64,000 nt of DNA from Clostridia bacterium (GCA_045533905.1 JAZSIR010000002.1:14622-78621), one strand, 5' to 3'; positions 47,562 to 57,709 are shown, numbered from the stretch's first letter. Notes: generated by a model from the letters alone, not told the origin. Program-made: numbers and translations.

Positions 47562-49433
47562 TTATCTCTTTCCCTTCTCAAGGTATACAAGGAGCACGCT
47601 GATATCTGCCGGCGAAACGCCGGAAATGCGCGAAGCCTGCCCCACATTTTTGGGGCGGTGCTTCGTAAGCTTCTGGCGTGCCTCTGTGCAGAGGCCGTCC
47701 ATCTGCATATAGTCAAGTTCTTCCGAAAGTGCCTTGTTTTCAAGCTTTCTAAACTGCTCTACGGCTTTCTTCTGCCGTTCGATATAGCCTTCGTATTTAA
47801 TGCGGATTTCCGCTTCGCTCCACACAGGCTTCGAAAGTGCGGGGCGGGTGGTATCGACCGGTGCGAGTGCCGCATAGGAAATTTGCGGGCGGCGAAGTAA
47901 ATCGGCAAGGCGAATGCCGGTTTTTAAGGGTTCGCACCCTGCCGCTTCCATAATCTCGGAAAGCTTGGAGGAGGGCGGCACGCTGGTTTTCTCAAGACGC
48001 AAAATTTCCGCCTCAATCTGCTGCTGTTTTGCAAGGAACGCTTCATACCGCGCCTCTGAAATAAGACCTGCACGGTACGCTTTCGGCGTAAGGCGTGCAT
48101 CGGCATTATCTTGGCGAAGGAGCAGTCTATACTCCGAGCGCGAGGTCATCATGCGGTACGGCTCGTTGGTGCCTTTTGTGACAAGGTCATCAATCAAAAC
48201 GCCTGTGTAGCCTTCGTCGCGCCCGATGATAAGCGGTTCTTTTCCAAAAATTTTGAGTGCGGCGTTGGCACCTGCCACAAGGCCTTGGGCCGCCGCTTCC
48301 TCATACCCCGAAGTGCCGTTAAACTGGCCCGCGCCGTAAAGACCGCGGATTTCTTTGCTTTCAAGCGTAGCCTCGAGCATAAGTGGGTCGCAGCAGTCAT
48401 ATTCAATCGCATACCCCGCGCGCATAATGACAGCGTTTTCGAGGCCTTCTATAGAATGGAGCACTTCCTCCTGCACATCCTCGGGAAGCGAGGTGGAAAG
48501 CCCCGAAACATACATTTCTTCTGTATCAAGACCCATCGGCTCAATAAAGAGCTGATGGCGCTCACGTTCTGCAAAGCGGACAATTTTATCTTCAATCGAC
48601 GGGCAATATCTTGCCCCTACCCCTTCGATTACGCCACTGAACATCGGCGCACGATGAAGGTTGTTTCGGATAATTTCGTGGGTTTTTTCGTTTGTGTACG
48701 TAAGGTAGCAAGCCACCTTATTTTCAAGTTTTCCTTCCGTTTCGTACGAAAACGGCGTAATTTCCTCATCCCCGTACTGCGGCTCCATTTTGGAAAAATC
48801 GAGGCTCCTTCTGGAAATACGCGGCGGTGTGCCGGTTTTAAAGCGGCGAAGCGAAATGCCGAGTTTTTCTATCGACTTTGCAAGTTCCGCCGCAGGGAAC
48901 ATACCATCAGGTCCGCCCGCGTGGCTATGCTCGCCCGTGATAATTTTTCCGTTTAAATAGGTGCCTGTGGCGATAACCACGGCTTTTGCATAAAACGTGG
49001 CGCCAAGGTGCGTTTTTACGCCCTTCACTTCCCCGTTTTCTGCCAATATTTCTACTACTTCTGCCTGCCGTACATCGAGGTTTTCCATCTCCTCCATGCG
49101 CCTTTTCATCTCGCGCATGTACGACCATTTATCCGTCTGCGCGCGAAGGGCGTGCACAGCGGGGCCTTTGCCCGTGTTTAAAAGACGGGACTGCAAAAAG
49201 GTGGCATCGGCCGCTTTGCCCATCACGCCGCCGAGCGCGTCAATCTCGCGCACAAGGTGCCCTTTCGCGCTGCCGCCGATATTGGGGTTACAGGACATGG
49301 AGGCCAAAAAATCAAGGCTCATGGAAAAAAGAAGCGTCTTCGCGCCAATACGTGCGGCTGCGGCCGCGGCTTCGCATCCGGCGTGTCCGCCACCTACTAC
49401 AATTACGTCATACATTTCTCTCGTCTTCTCCAT
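47562..49433 (-). CDS. mnmG: tRNA uridine 5-carboxymethylaminomethyl modification enzyme
   Basis: GGGHAGCEA, SCNP.IGG, RFKTGTP, RYCPSIEDK, GTSGYEEAAAQG. Confidence 0.97.
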   Translation of the reverse strand: MEKTREMYDVIVVGGGHAGCEAAAAAARIGAKTLLFSMSLDFLASMSCNPNIGGSAKGHLVREIDALGGVMGKAADATFLQSRLLNTGKGPAVHALRAQTDKWSYMREMKRRMEEMENLDVRQAEVVEILAENGEVKGVKTHLGATFYAKAVVIATGTYLNGKIITGEHSHAGGPDGMFPAAELAKSIEKLGISLRRFKTGTPPRISRRSLDFSKMEPQYGDEEITPFSYETEGKLENKVACYLTYTNEKTHEIIRNNLHRAPMFSGVIEGVGARYCPSIEDKIVRFAERERHQLFIEPMGLDTEEMYVSGLSTSLPEDVQEEVLHSIEGLENAVIMRAGYAIEYDCCDPLMLEATLESKEIRGLYGAGQFNGTSGYEEAAAQGLVAGANAALKIFGKEPLIIGRDEGYTGVLIDDLVTKGTNEPYRMMTSRSEYRLLLRQDNADARLTPKAYRAGLISEARYEAFLAKQQQIEAEILRLEKTSVPPSSKLSEIMEAAGCEPLKTGIRLADLLRRPQISYAALAPVDTTRPALSKPVWSEAEIRIKYEGYIERQKKAVEQFRKLENKALSEELDYMQMDGLCTEARQKLTKHRPKNVGQASRISGVSPADISVLLVYLEKGKR

Positions 49434-49448
49434 GTTTCCCCCTTTCCC

Positions 49449-50402
49449 CTACTCTGTTTCTCTTTTACTGCGGGTGGCAAAGCCGAGCAGTATTTCTTCC
49501 ATTTCGGTATACGTTTTCGCCGTATTGATTTTCTCGCGTGCCGCCGCGGCGCCGGAAAGGCCCCGTACGTACCACGCCGCGTGCTTCCGCGCCTCTAAAA
49601 TAGCCGTATGCATGCCCTTAAATTCCGCCATACGGCGAATTTGGGTAAGGCACACCTCGGCGCGCGCCGCGGCATCTACTTTTGTAAGCACCTTGCCGTG
49701 CTTTTTAAATTCTTCGATTTCTCTGAAAATAAAAGGATTTCCCATAGCGCCGCGCCCGACCATAACCGAGGCACAGCCTGTTTCCTTCTGCATACGAACA
49801 GCATCTTCTGCAGAAAAAATATCGCCGTTGCCGATGACGGGAATAGGCACAGCATCCACTACACGTTTTATAACGCCCCAATCGGCCCGGCCACGGTACT
49901 GCTCCTTCGTGGTCCGCCCGTGCACGGCAATAGCCGCCGCGCCGCTTTCATAAAGCGCGTGTGCCATCTCCGGCGCCGATTCCTCTTCCCACCCTTTTCG
50001 GATTTTCGCCGTAACGGGTACAGAAGAAGCGCGCGAGACCGCTTCCATAATTTTTGCCGCAAGCGGAATGTCGCGCATAAGCGCAGAACCGTCGCCCCCG
50101 CCCACAATTTTCGGTGCAGGGCAACCCATATTGATATCGATGCAATCCGCAAATTCAGAAACGCGGCGTGCGGCTTCCGCTAAAACAGAAGGCTCGTGCC
50201 CAAAAAGCTGCACCACGTGCGGGCGCGGCTCTTCGTCAAACCGCAGAAGGGAAAAGGTTTTCTTATCCCCAAACTGCATCGCCTTTGCGCTCACCATTTC
50301 CGAATAAGCGAGATCCGCCCCCATTTCCCGACAGACCTGACGAAAGGCAAGGTCACTCACGCCGGCCATCGGGGCCAGAATTACTTTATCTCGAAACTCC
50401 AT
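49449..50402 (-). CDS. dusB: tRNA dihydrouridine synthase B
   Basis: LAPMAG, DINMGCP, VHGRT, GNGDI, GRGAMGNP. Confidence 0.93.
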   Translation of the reverse strand: MEFRDKVILAPMAGVSDLAFRQVCREMGADLAYSEMVSAKAMQFGDKKTFSLLRFDEEPRPHVVQLFGHEPSVLAEAARRVSEFADCIDINMGCPAPKIVGGGDGSALMRDIPLAAKIMEAVSRASSVPVTAKIRKGWEEESAPEMAHALYESGAAAIAVHGRTTKEQYRGRADWGVIKRVVDAVPIPVIGNGDIFSAEDAVRMQKETGCASVMVGRGAMGNPFIFREIEEFKKHGKVLTKVDAAARAEVCLTQIRRMAEFKGMHTAILEARKHAAWYVRGLSGAAAAREKINTAKTYTEMEEILLGFATRSKRETE

Positions 50403-51463
50403 TATAAATCTAACTTTAAATCATCCTGCCCGATCCAGCCTTTTTTGCGGAAAGGGATACTGATAAGCCATGTAAGTACCGCGGGAAGGACGATGGCGAT
50501 AAGGGCAAGACCCAAAACATCCATCGCGCCGATGGCGGTACGAACGCCTTCTGCCATTTCCGTGATCCATCCTGTATATACGCCGATGGGGCCTACCATA
50601 CCGCAGGTGCCCATACCGCTCGATACAGCGGGACCATTCATTTCAAGGCGGAAAATGCAAGTGGCAATGGGGCCGGTAATTGCCGAGGCAATTGTCGGCG
50701 GGAGCCAGATGCGCGGATTTTTAACGATGTTGCCCATCTGGAGCATACTGGTGCCAAGACCTTGCGCCAAAAGGCCGCCCCAGCGGTTTTCACGAAAGCT
50801 CATAACCGCAAAGCCCACCATCTGCGCACAGCAGCCGGCAACGGCCGCGCCGCCTGCAAGACCTGTAAGACCAAGTGCCGCACAAATCGCCGCGCTGCTT
50901 ATGGGCAGCGTTAAAACGACACCTACCAAAACAGAAACAATGATCCCCATAAGGAAGGGCTGCAGCTCTGTTGCCCACATAATGGCACCACCTACGGCAC
51001 TTGCCGCGGCACCGATAGCCGGTGCAAACCAGATAGAAAGGAGCGCACCTGCGCAAATGGTAACAATAGGCGTTACCAGAATATCAATTTTTGTTTCGCG
51101 GCTGATAAGCTTACCGACTTCTGCCGAGATGGTGGCTACCACATACACCGCAAGAGGACCGCCGGCGCCGCCTAATGTATTTGCCGCCTGGCCGACTGCC
51201 GCCAAAGAGAAAAGAACGAGCGGCGGACATTCGAGTGCAAAACCGATGGCCACGGCCATCGCAACGCCCGTAACAGCCTTGGCATACCCTGCAATCTGTA
51301 CGAGAATCGGAATACCAAGCTGCGCACCAATCGTATCCAAAATCGTGCCAATTAAAAGGGAAGCAAAAAGGCCCTGCGCCATAGCACCAAGAGCATCAAT
51401 ACCATACCGCTTCACCGAAAAGGTAACATCTTTTCTTTCAAAAAAAGCTTGAACTCTTTTCAA
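50402..51463 (-). CDS. PfoR-like / PTS EIIC_2 family membrane protein
   Basis: MAQGLFASL, TLPISSAA, GTSMLQ, SGMGTCG.VG; polytopic, with no EIIA or EIIB partner. Confidence 0.8.
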   Translation of the reverse strand: MKRVQAFFERKDVTFSVKRYGIDALGAMAQGLFASLLIGTILDTIGAQLGIPILVQIAGYAKAVTGVAMAVAIGFALECPPLVLFSLAAVGQAANTLGGAGGPLAVYVVATISAEVGKLISRETKIDILVTPIVTICAGALLSIWFAPAIGAAASAVGGAIMWATELQPFLMGIIVSVLVGVVLTLPISSAAICAALGLTGLAGGAAVAGCCAQMVGFAVMSFRENRWGGLLAQGLGTSMLQMGNIVKNPRIWLPPTIASAITGPIATCIFRLEMNGPAVSSGMGTCGMVGPIGVYTGWITEMAEGVRTAIGAMDVLGLALIAIVLPAVLTWLISIPFRKKGWIGQDDLKLDL

Positions 51464-51478
51464 CTTACATCTTCCTTT

Positions 51479-52678
51479 CTATGCTTCAAAAAACAACTGC
51501 ATCAATGTATATCCGGGATCGACTACGCGGCCGCCTTTTACACTTTCTTCTGTAAAGATTGCCTTGCCTTCACGTTTTACGCGACTATCGTACAAAAGGC
51601 ACGGCACTGCATCGCGGGCGTGCGTTTTCGTCACAATCGGCGTAGGATGATCCGGCAGAATCAGCATACGGAAATCTTCGCTCGCATTCTCGAGCGCCTC
51701 TTTTATGGGACGCACCACAAGCGAATCAATCATCGAAATGGATTTTGCCTTATTTTCCGCCTCGCCGCGGTGCCCGCATTCATCGGGCGCTTCCATATGT
51801 ACATATACAAAATCATTGCCGTCTTCAAGAAGTGTTTTGACGGCCGCGGCGGCTTTTCCTTCAAAGTTCGTATCGATGTTTCCCGTAACACCCGGAACCT
51901 CTATAACCTGCATCCCGGCCAAAAAGCCGATGCCGCGCACAAGGTCAACAGCGGAAATTACAGCACCGCGTTTTCCGTATTTCTCATAGAAATTCTGAAG
52001 GACAGGCTTCTTCCCCTCGCCCCAGATCCAGAGCGAATCGGCCGTTCTGAGTCCCTTTTCCCGTCTTTTTTGGTTTACGGGATGGTCGCGTAAAATCTCG
52101 CGGCTCTCCTGCATAATATCAAAAAGAATTTTATTTTCCGGGAGATATTCTCGGACGGGACGGTCAGAAATATCGTGCGGCGGTGTGAGCCTGCCGATTT
52201 CGCCCGGATTTTTCCAGACCAAAAGATGCCGGTAGCTTATGCCGGGATAGAGCGAAAAACCCGGAATGACAAGCTTTTCGCGAAGCGTTTCAATCAGAGA
52301 GCGTGCTTCCTCTGTGGAAATTTCACCGGCGCTGTAATCGAGCATCGTAAGCGCCTTGTATTCTCCCTCGCCCGAAAGGCTTACGAGGTTTGCACGGAAG
52401 GAAATTTCGTCACTAGAGAGTTCTACGCCGATGCTTGCCGCTTCGAGCGGCGAACGCCCCGTGTAACACTCGGCCGTGTCATAGCCCATAACCGTAAGGT
52501 TTGCCACATCACTGCCCGGTTTTAAGTTGTCCGGCACAGTTTTTACAAGGAAGGTTTCTCCTGCGGCAGAAAGAGCATCAATACAGGGCTTTTCTGCCAC
52601 TTCCATCGGCGTTTTGCCCCCGAAAGCTTCTACCGGATAATCTGCCATACCGTCCGCTAAAATTACAACATATTTCAT
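51479..52678 (-). CDS. apgM: Cofactor-independent phosphoglycerate mutase-like protein (ApgM)
   Basis: DGMAD, PGSDVANL, YTGRSPLEA, EAPDECGH, PDHPTP..TH. Confidence 0.88.
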   Translation of the reverse strand: MKYVVILADGMADYPVEAFGGKTPMEVAEKPCIDALSAAGETFLVKTVPDNLKPGSDVANLTVMGYDTAECYTGRSPLEAASIGVELSSDEISFRANLVSLSGEGEYKALTMLDYSAGEISTEEARSLIETLREKLVIPGFSLYPGISYRHLLVWKNPGEIGRLTPPHDISDRPVREYLPENKILFDIMQESREILRDHPVNQKRREKGLRTADSLWIWGEGKKPVLQNFYEKYGKRGAVISAVDLVRGIGFLAGMQVIEVPGVTGNIDTNFEGKAAAAVKTLLEDGNDFVYVHMEAPDECGHRGEAENKAKSISMIDSLVVRPIKEALENASEDFRMLILPDHPTPIVTKTHARDAVPCLLYDSRVKREGKAIFTEESVKGGRVVDPGYTLMQLFFEA

Positions 52679-53406
52679 CTTTTTCTCGCCACCTCAAACA
52701 TGAACAGCGCCGCCGCCACGGACGCGTTCAAAGATTCGGTTTCGCCACGCATCGGGATCCGTACCAGAAAATCACATTTTTCACGGACAAGGCGGCTCAT
52801 ACCCTCGCCTTCGTTGCCGACCACAATGGCCACAGGGCCTGTAAGGTCAGCCTCAAAAAGGGAGCGGTCGCCTTTTCCGTCCGTCCCCGTAATCCATACG
52901 CCTTCTTCCTTCAGCATGTCCATAACATTTGCAAGGTTTGTGACGCGCGCGATGGGCGTGAAGGAGGCGGCACCGGCAGAAACCTTGTCCACCGTGGCGT
53001 TTACCCCTACCCCGTCGTGCTTCGTAATGACAACCCCGTGCGCGCCGGCGGCATTGGCCGAACGGATAATGGCACCGAGATTGTGCGGATCACAGATACG
53101 GTCGCAAAGTACCAAAAACGGCGCTTCGTTCTTCTTCCGCGCCTTTTCCAGTATTTCTTCCACCGATACATAGCCATAAAGGCCCGCCTGCGCAACCACT
53201 CCCTGGTGGTTTCCGCCGAGGGCCAATGTGTCAAGCCGCTGGCGGTCAGCCTCCACAACAGGAATGCCCGACCGCTTCGCCATAGCTTTGATTTTTGAAA
53301 GTGTAGCATCCGGAGCACCTTGCCGTACGTACAGTTTATCAATCGTACGCCCTTTAGAGAGTGCCTCCAGCACCGGATTTCTTCCGATGATTACATTCTC
53401 ACTCAT
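52675..53406 (-). CDS. rlmB: 23S rRNA Gm2251 methyltransferase
   Basis: GRNPV.EAL, HQGV, DPHNLGAI.RS, GNEGEG, SLNASVA. Confidence 0.95.
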   Translation of the reverse strand: MSENVIIGRNPVLEALSKGRTIDKLYVRQGAPDATLSKIKAMAKRSGIPVVEADRQRLDTLALGGNHQGVVAQAGLYGYVSVEEILEKARKKNEAPFLVLCDRICDPHNLGAIIRSANAAGAHGVVITKHDGVGVNATVDKVSAGAASFTPIARVTNLANVMDMLKEEGVWITGTDGKGDRSLFEADLTGPVAIVVGNEGEGMSRLVREKCDFLVRIPMRGETESLNASVAAALFMFEVARKR

Positions 53407-54617
53407 ATGTTCGAAAGGCTGAACTTATCGTGGATGGCACGTACAGCGGCTTCACTTTCGTGACGTGCTACCAAAACAGAAACCTTGATTTCGCTTGTGG
53501 AAATCATCTTGATGTTGATGTTTGCATTGTAGAGTGCTTCAAACATCTTTGCTGCAACGCCGGGGTTCGATACCATACCGGCACCTACGATGGAAACCTT
53601 GGAAACATCGGCATCATAAAGAATATCGTCTGCGCCGATCACTTCCATATTTTCGCGAAGGGTTTCTACCGCGAGTTCCATAGCGGATTCCGGAACGGTG
53701 AAACTGATGTCCTTCTTGCCGTCACGGCCGATAGACTGGAGAATAATATCTACATTAATGTTCTTCTTTGCTAAAATCGAGAAGAGGGTGAATGCCTTGC
53801 CGGGTTCATCCCCGATATTTGTAAGAGAAATACGTGCAACATCATTGTCGCGTGCTACACCTCTGATAATCATTTTTTCCACTTTACTTACCTCCTTAAC
53901 AACTGTGCCCGGTGCTACTTCAAAGCTCGAGAGCACTTCCATATTTACATTGAATTTCTTTGCTACTTCCACAGAGCGGTTATGCAGTACGTTTGCGCCA
54001 AGGCTTGCAAGCTCGAGCATTTCGTCATACGAAATATCGTCAAGCTGTGCGGCATCCGGCACGATGCGCGGGTCTGCCGTATATACACCGCGAACATCGG
54101 TGTAAATCTGGCAAAGGTCAGCGTGCAGTGCTGCCGCAAGAGCTACTGCGGAAGTATCCGAGCCGCCGCGGCCGAGTGTGGTAATATCTTCATACTTATT
54201 AATACCCTGGAAGCCTGCTACGATAACAATCTTCTTCTGGTCAATCTCTCTCTGGATACGCTCCGTGTCGATTCTTTCGATGCGTGCCGAGGAGTGCTTG
54301 GAATCGGTGCGAACGCCTGCCTGCCAGCCGGTAAGGCTTACCACGGGGCAACCGAGTTTCTCGAGTGCCATCGCAAGAAGTGCCATCGAAATCTGCTCGC
54401 CGCTGGATAAAAGCACATCCATTTCGCGCTTTGAAGGGGCGGCATTGATTTCTTTTGCTTTTTCGATAAGATCATCCGTTGTGTCGCCCTGTGCGGAAAC
54501 AACTACGACAACCGAATCGCCCTTGTCATAGTACGACTTGATCCGATTCGCAACGCGGAACACGCGTTCCGCATTCGCAACGGAAGAGCCGCCGAATTTT
54601 TGTACGATAAGTCCCAT
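53403..54617 (-). CDS. lysC: Aspartate kinase (alpha subunit; beta subunit probably from internal GTG at 53882)
   Basis: QKFGGSS, VVSAQGDTTD, TLGRGGSD, YTADPR, two ACT domains, STSEIK. Confidence 0.95.
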   Translation of the reverse strand: MGLIVQKFGGSSVANAERVFRVANRIKSYYDKGDSVVVVVSAQGDTTDDLIEKAKEINAAPSKREMDVLLSSGEQISMALLAMALEKLGCPVVSLTGWQAGVRTDSKHSSARIERIDTERIQREIDQKKIVIVAGFQGINKYEDITTLGRGGSDTSAVALAAALHADLCQIYTDVRGVYTADPRIVPDAAQLDDISYDEMLELASLGANVLHNRSVEVAKKFNVNMEVLSSFEVAPGTVVKEVSKVEKMIIRGVARDNDVARISLTNIGDEPGKAFTLFSILAKKNINVDIILQSIGRDGKKDISFTVPESAMELAVETLRENMEVIGADDILYDADVSKVSIVGAGMVSNPGVAAKMFEALYNANINIKMISTSEIKVSVLVARHESEAAVRAIHDKFSLSNI

Positions 54618-54634
54618 TCTATATCTTCCTTTCT

Positions 54635-55813
54635 TTACATTCTGATGAATTTCTTTGCGCCTTCCGTGCGCTTCATCAGAAGTTCCAAATCACTTTCCTT
54701 TATATTACGGAGAATGTAGCCCTTCTCATCCTCAATCCCGATATCGATGCAGGTAGCATCTTCGATTTCTTCGCGGCTGCGAATGAGGCAGGTTACCTTC
54801 GTTTCCGAAATCGGTGTAACGTATTCAGAATCGCCCTCTGCCCAGTCTATACGGCGGTTTTCGGTAATGCCGCGGGCGATGTCAATAACGTCCCCCACGA
54901 CAGCGCTTGCGGTGGGAAGTTTGCCGGCGCCGCTGCCGTAGAGCATTACGTCGCCTACATTGTCGCCCGTAAGAAGCACGCCGTTATACACATCTTTCAC
55001 GCCTGCAAGCGGGCTATCATTCGGGATAAGCTGCGGCGCTACGCGGGCAAAGACGCTGTCCTCACCGATGCGCGCCATACCGATGAGTTTAATGGAGCAG
55101 CCGAGTGCTTCTGCATACTCCACGTCCTCCGGCTCAATCGTGGTGATACCCTCGGTGGAAATTTTCGTGTAATCCACATTGCGGCCGAAAATCAAAGACG
55201 CCAAAATCGCAATCTTGCGGCAGGTGTCGTGTCCCTCCACATCCGCGGTGGGATCGGCTTCGGCATATCCCTTTTTCTGGGCATCCGAAAGTGCCGTTTC
55301 AAAAGACTGTCCCTCGTCAATCATCTTGGTCAGAATATAGTTTGTGGTGCCGTTTAAGATCCCCATCACGCGGGTAATGCGGTTGGCACCGAGGCACGTG
55401 CCGATGGGGCGGATAATCGGAATACCGCCGCCAACACTGGCCTCATAGCGATAAAACACGCCGTTTTCCTTTGCCAGGCGGAAAAGCTCTGCCCCCTTGG
55501 CCGCCACAAGCGCCTTATTGGAGGTAACTACGCTTTTGCCGTGCAGGATTGCATCCTTTGTAAAGCTGTACGCCGGCTCGATACCGCCCATCATTTCCAC
55601 AACGACGGAAACGGAATTATCGGAAAGCACGGCCGAGTAATCCTTTGTGAAAAGGTGTGCATCCTCGTGCGAAGAAAAGTCGCGAATTTCCACGATGTAC
55701 TTAATCTGTACCTCTTCCCCCACGCGGTCTGCGATAACCTTTTTGTCTTTTTTAAGGACTTCATATACACCGCTTCCCACGGTGCCGAAGCCCAGGATTG
55801 CTATATTTATCAT
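54635..55813 (-). CDS. hom: Homoserine dehydrogenase
   Basis: GFGTVG, TSNK, YEASVGGGIP, NGTTNYIL, AEADPTADVEG, GAGKLPTASAV. Confidence 0.96.
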   Translation of the reverse strand: MINIAILGFGTVGSGVYEVLKKDKKVIADRVGEEVQIKYIVEIRDFSSHEDAHLFTKDYSAVLSDNSVSVVVEMMGGIEPAYSFTKDAILHGKSVVTSNKALVAAKGAELFRLAKENGVFYRYEASVGGGIPIIRPIGTCLGANRITRVMGILNGTTNYILTKMIDEGQSFETALSDAQKKGYAEADPTADVEGHDTCRKIAILASLIFGRNVDYTKISTEGITTIEPEDVEYAEALGCSIKLIGMARIGEDSVFARVAPQLIPNDSPLAGVKDVYNGVLLTGDNVGDVMLYGSGAGKLPTASAVVGDVIDIARGITENRRIDWAEGDSEYVTPISETKVTCLIRSREEIEDATCIDIGIEDEKGYILRNIKESDLELLMKRTEGAKKFIRM

Positions 55814-55834
55814 ATGCCCTTCCTCCTTTTTACG

Positions 55835-56266
55835 CTACTGCTTACCCAAAACACTCATTGAACGCACACCACGCGGCGCGGACAAGGCTTCCATCATCTC
55901 CTCAAATTCCATCTGCATCGCTTCTGTCTGCAGTGTGATGGTGATGGAGGCTACGCCGTTTATCGGAATGGTTTGGTTAATCGTTAAAATATTGCATCCC
56001 GCCAGCGCCACAATGCGCAGAATTTCCGAAAGCGTACCGGGAATATCCATAAGCTCAAAGTACACCGTTAAAATCCCTTGCATTTCATTGAACGGGAAAA
56101 TATGATCCTTATATTTATAGTATGCGCTGCGGCTGATCCCCGTCATCCGCACGGCATCGTGCACGGTGGCCGCCTCCCCCGAACGGAGGAGTTTTTTTGC
56201 CTTCAGCACCTTGGGGAACACATCGGGCAATATGGAAACATCTGCCAGAACATATTGTTTTTTCAT
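55835..56266 (-). CDS. thrR: ACT-domain regulator (ThrR/PheB family)
   Basis: ILPDVF.KV..AK.LL, ISRSAYYKYKD, NILTINQTIP; heads the hom-lysC operon. Confidence 0.85.
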   Translation of the reverse strand: MKKQYVLADVSILPDVFPKVLKAKKLLRSGEAATVHDAVRMTGISRSAYYKYKDHIFPFNEMQGILTVYFELMDIPGTLSEILRIVALAGCNILTINQTIPINGVASITITLQTEAMQMEFEEMMEALSAPRGVRSMSVLGKQ

Positions 56267-56344
56267 GGCTTTATCATCCGCCCTTCCCAAAAAAATATAC
56301 CCGGTCCCGAGTGTCTCCGAGTCAAACACATTTGTTTGCAACAT

Positions 56345-56373
56345 AGTATACACGAATTCCGTTTTTTTGTCAA
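56345..56373 (-). promoter_or_regulatory. Sigma-A promoter of the thrR-hom-lysC operon
   Basis: TTGACA-N17-TATACT. Confidence 0.75.
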
Positions 56374-56474
56374 GCATTTTCCGAGAAATTCCTTTATTTT
56401 TGCCGTTTTGAACCATTTCCCCCACCCTCTCAAAACACAAAACCGACAAATTGCCCTGTTTTTACTGATTTCAT

Positions 56475-56502
56475 TTGACTTTTTTGTTTTTTATGATATA
56501 AT
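56475..56502 (+). promoter_or_regulatory. Sigma-A promoter of the stalk-protein/kinase/S26/PqqD operon
   Basis: TTGACT-N16-TATAAT with TG extension. Confidence 0.65.
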
Positions 56503-56550
56503 GAAATGTAGAATACAAACAAGGTTTTTGCCTTGCGGAAGGAGTCCACA

Positions 56551-57018
56551 ATGAAGAAAATACTCTCTCTTTTACTGATCTGCTTTCTACTTTTACCTGT
56601 CGCTGTGACGGCCGATACACCCGTAACGGTTACGCTTGACGGCAAGGAAGTAAAGTTTGATGTGCCGGCACAAATTATCGGCAACCGTGCCATGGTACCT
56701 ATGCGCAAAATTTTTGAACGCTTCGGCGCTTATGTGGAATGGTTTGCTTCGCAAAATCTCATTATTGCCACACGCGGCTCCAGGATGATTACCATGCAGA
56801 TTGATAATCCTATTATGACCATCGCGGATGTAGCAACCGGTGAAACGAAGAAAATCACAATGGATGTTCCCCCCGCTATTGTGCCGCTTCAGAATGACCC
56901 CTACAAGGGCAGAACACTCGTGCCGATTCGTGCTCTTTCTGAAGGCATTGGTCTTTTGGTAGACTGGAACGACGATACACGTACTGTTATTATTACAACC
57001 CCCGAAGATGCAAATTAA
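56551..57018 (+). CDS. Secreted copper amine oxidase N-terminal (stalk) domain protein
   Basis: Signal peptide, then FDVP..I..R.MVPMR.IFE.FGA.V.W and RTLVPIRA.SE..G..V.W motifs. Confidence 0.85.
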   Translation: MKKILSLLLICFLLLPVAVTADTPVTVTLDGKEVKFDVPAQIIGNRAMVPMRKIFERFGAYVEWFASQNLIIATRGSRMITMQIDNPIMTIADVATGETKKITMDVPPAIVPLQNDPYKGRTLVPIRALSEGIGLLVDWNDDTRTVIITTPEDAN

Positions 57019-57706
57019 AATTGCGGATCTTTCCATCCGCATTGAAAACCGACATACCTATATAGAAGACCTATGCCGTGCATATATAGAACCCGCGGGG
57101 GCTTTTGATTTCGCCGTCGCTGCAACGGAAGCCGATATTTTGGCAGAGGACGCAGGGCGCGAGCACCCCGGATATGCGGAAAGTCTTGCCGTGTACCGAA
57201 AGATTGCCGAAGCCATTTTAGAAAAGGAAGGCTTTCTCCTCCACGGTGTGGTCCTCGATGTTGACGGGCGCGGCGTTGCATTCCTCGCCCCAAGTGGCGT
57301 TGGGAAATCAACACACGCCGCACTTTGGCAAGATCTCCTCAGCGAGCGCGCTACGGTGATAAACGGCGATAAGCCGCTTATCCGCTTTGAAGGCGGTATT
57401 CCGTACGCCTATGGGACGCCCTGGGCAGGCAAGGAAGGCCTTTCCGAAAATGCGCGCACACCGCTCTCTGCCGTATGCTTTTTATCGAGAAGTGAAAAAA
57501 ACAGCGTCTCGAAAACGCCGAAGGAAATTGTGCTCCCCTCCCTTCTCCGCCAGATTTATATGCCGAAGGACGGCGCGGGTATGGAGCTTCTTTTAGACCT
57601 TTTGGCACGCTTTACCGAAAAAGTTACGTTTTATTCGGTTGCCTGCAATATGGAGCCGGAGGCGGCGCTTCTTCCCTACCGTGCCATATTTGGAGAAAAC
57701 GAGTAG
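57008..57706 (+). CDS. HPr-kinase/PEPCK-like P-loop kinase of PqqD-linked cassettes
   Basis: LLHG, APSGVGKSTH Walker A, INGDKP, YGTPWAGKE. Confidence 0.75.
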   Translation: MQIKIADLSIRIENRHTYIEDLCRAYIEPAGAFDFAVAATEADILAEDAGREHPGYAESLAVYRKIAEAILEKEGFLLHGVVLDVDGRGVAFLAPSGVGKSTHAALWQDLLSERATVINGDKPLIRFEGGIPYAYGTPWAGKEGLSENARTPLSAVCFLSRSEKNSVSKTPKEIVLPSLLRQIYMPKDGAGMELLLDLLARFTEKVTFYSVACNMEPEAALLPYRAIFGENE

Positions 57707-57709
57707 CCT

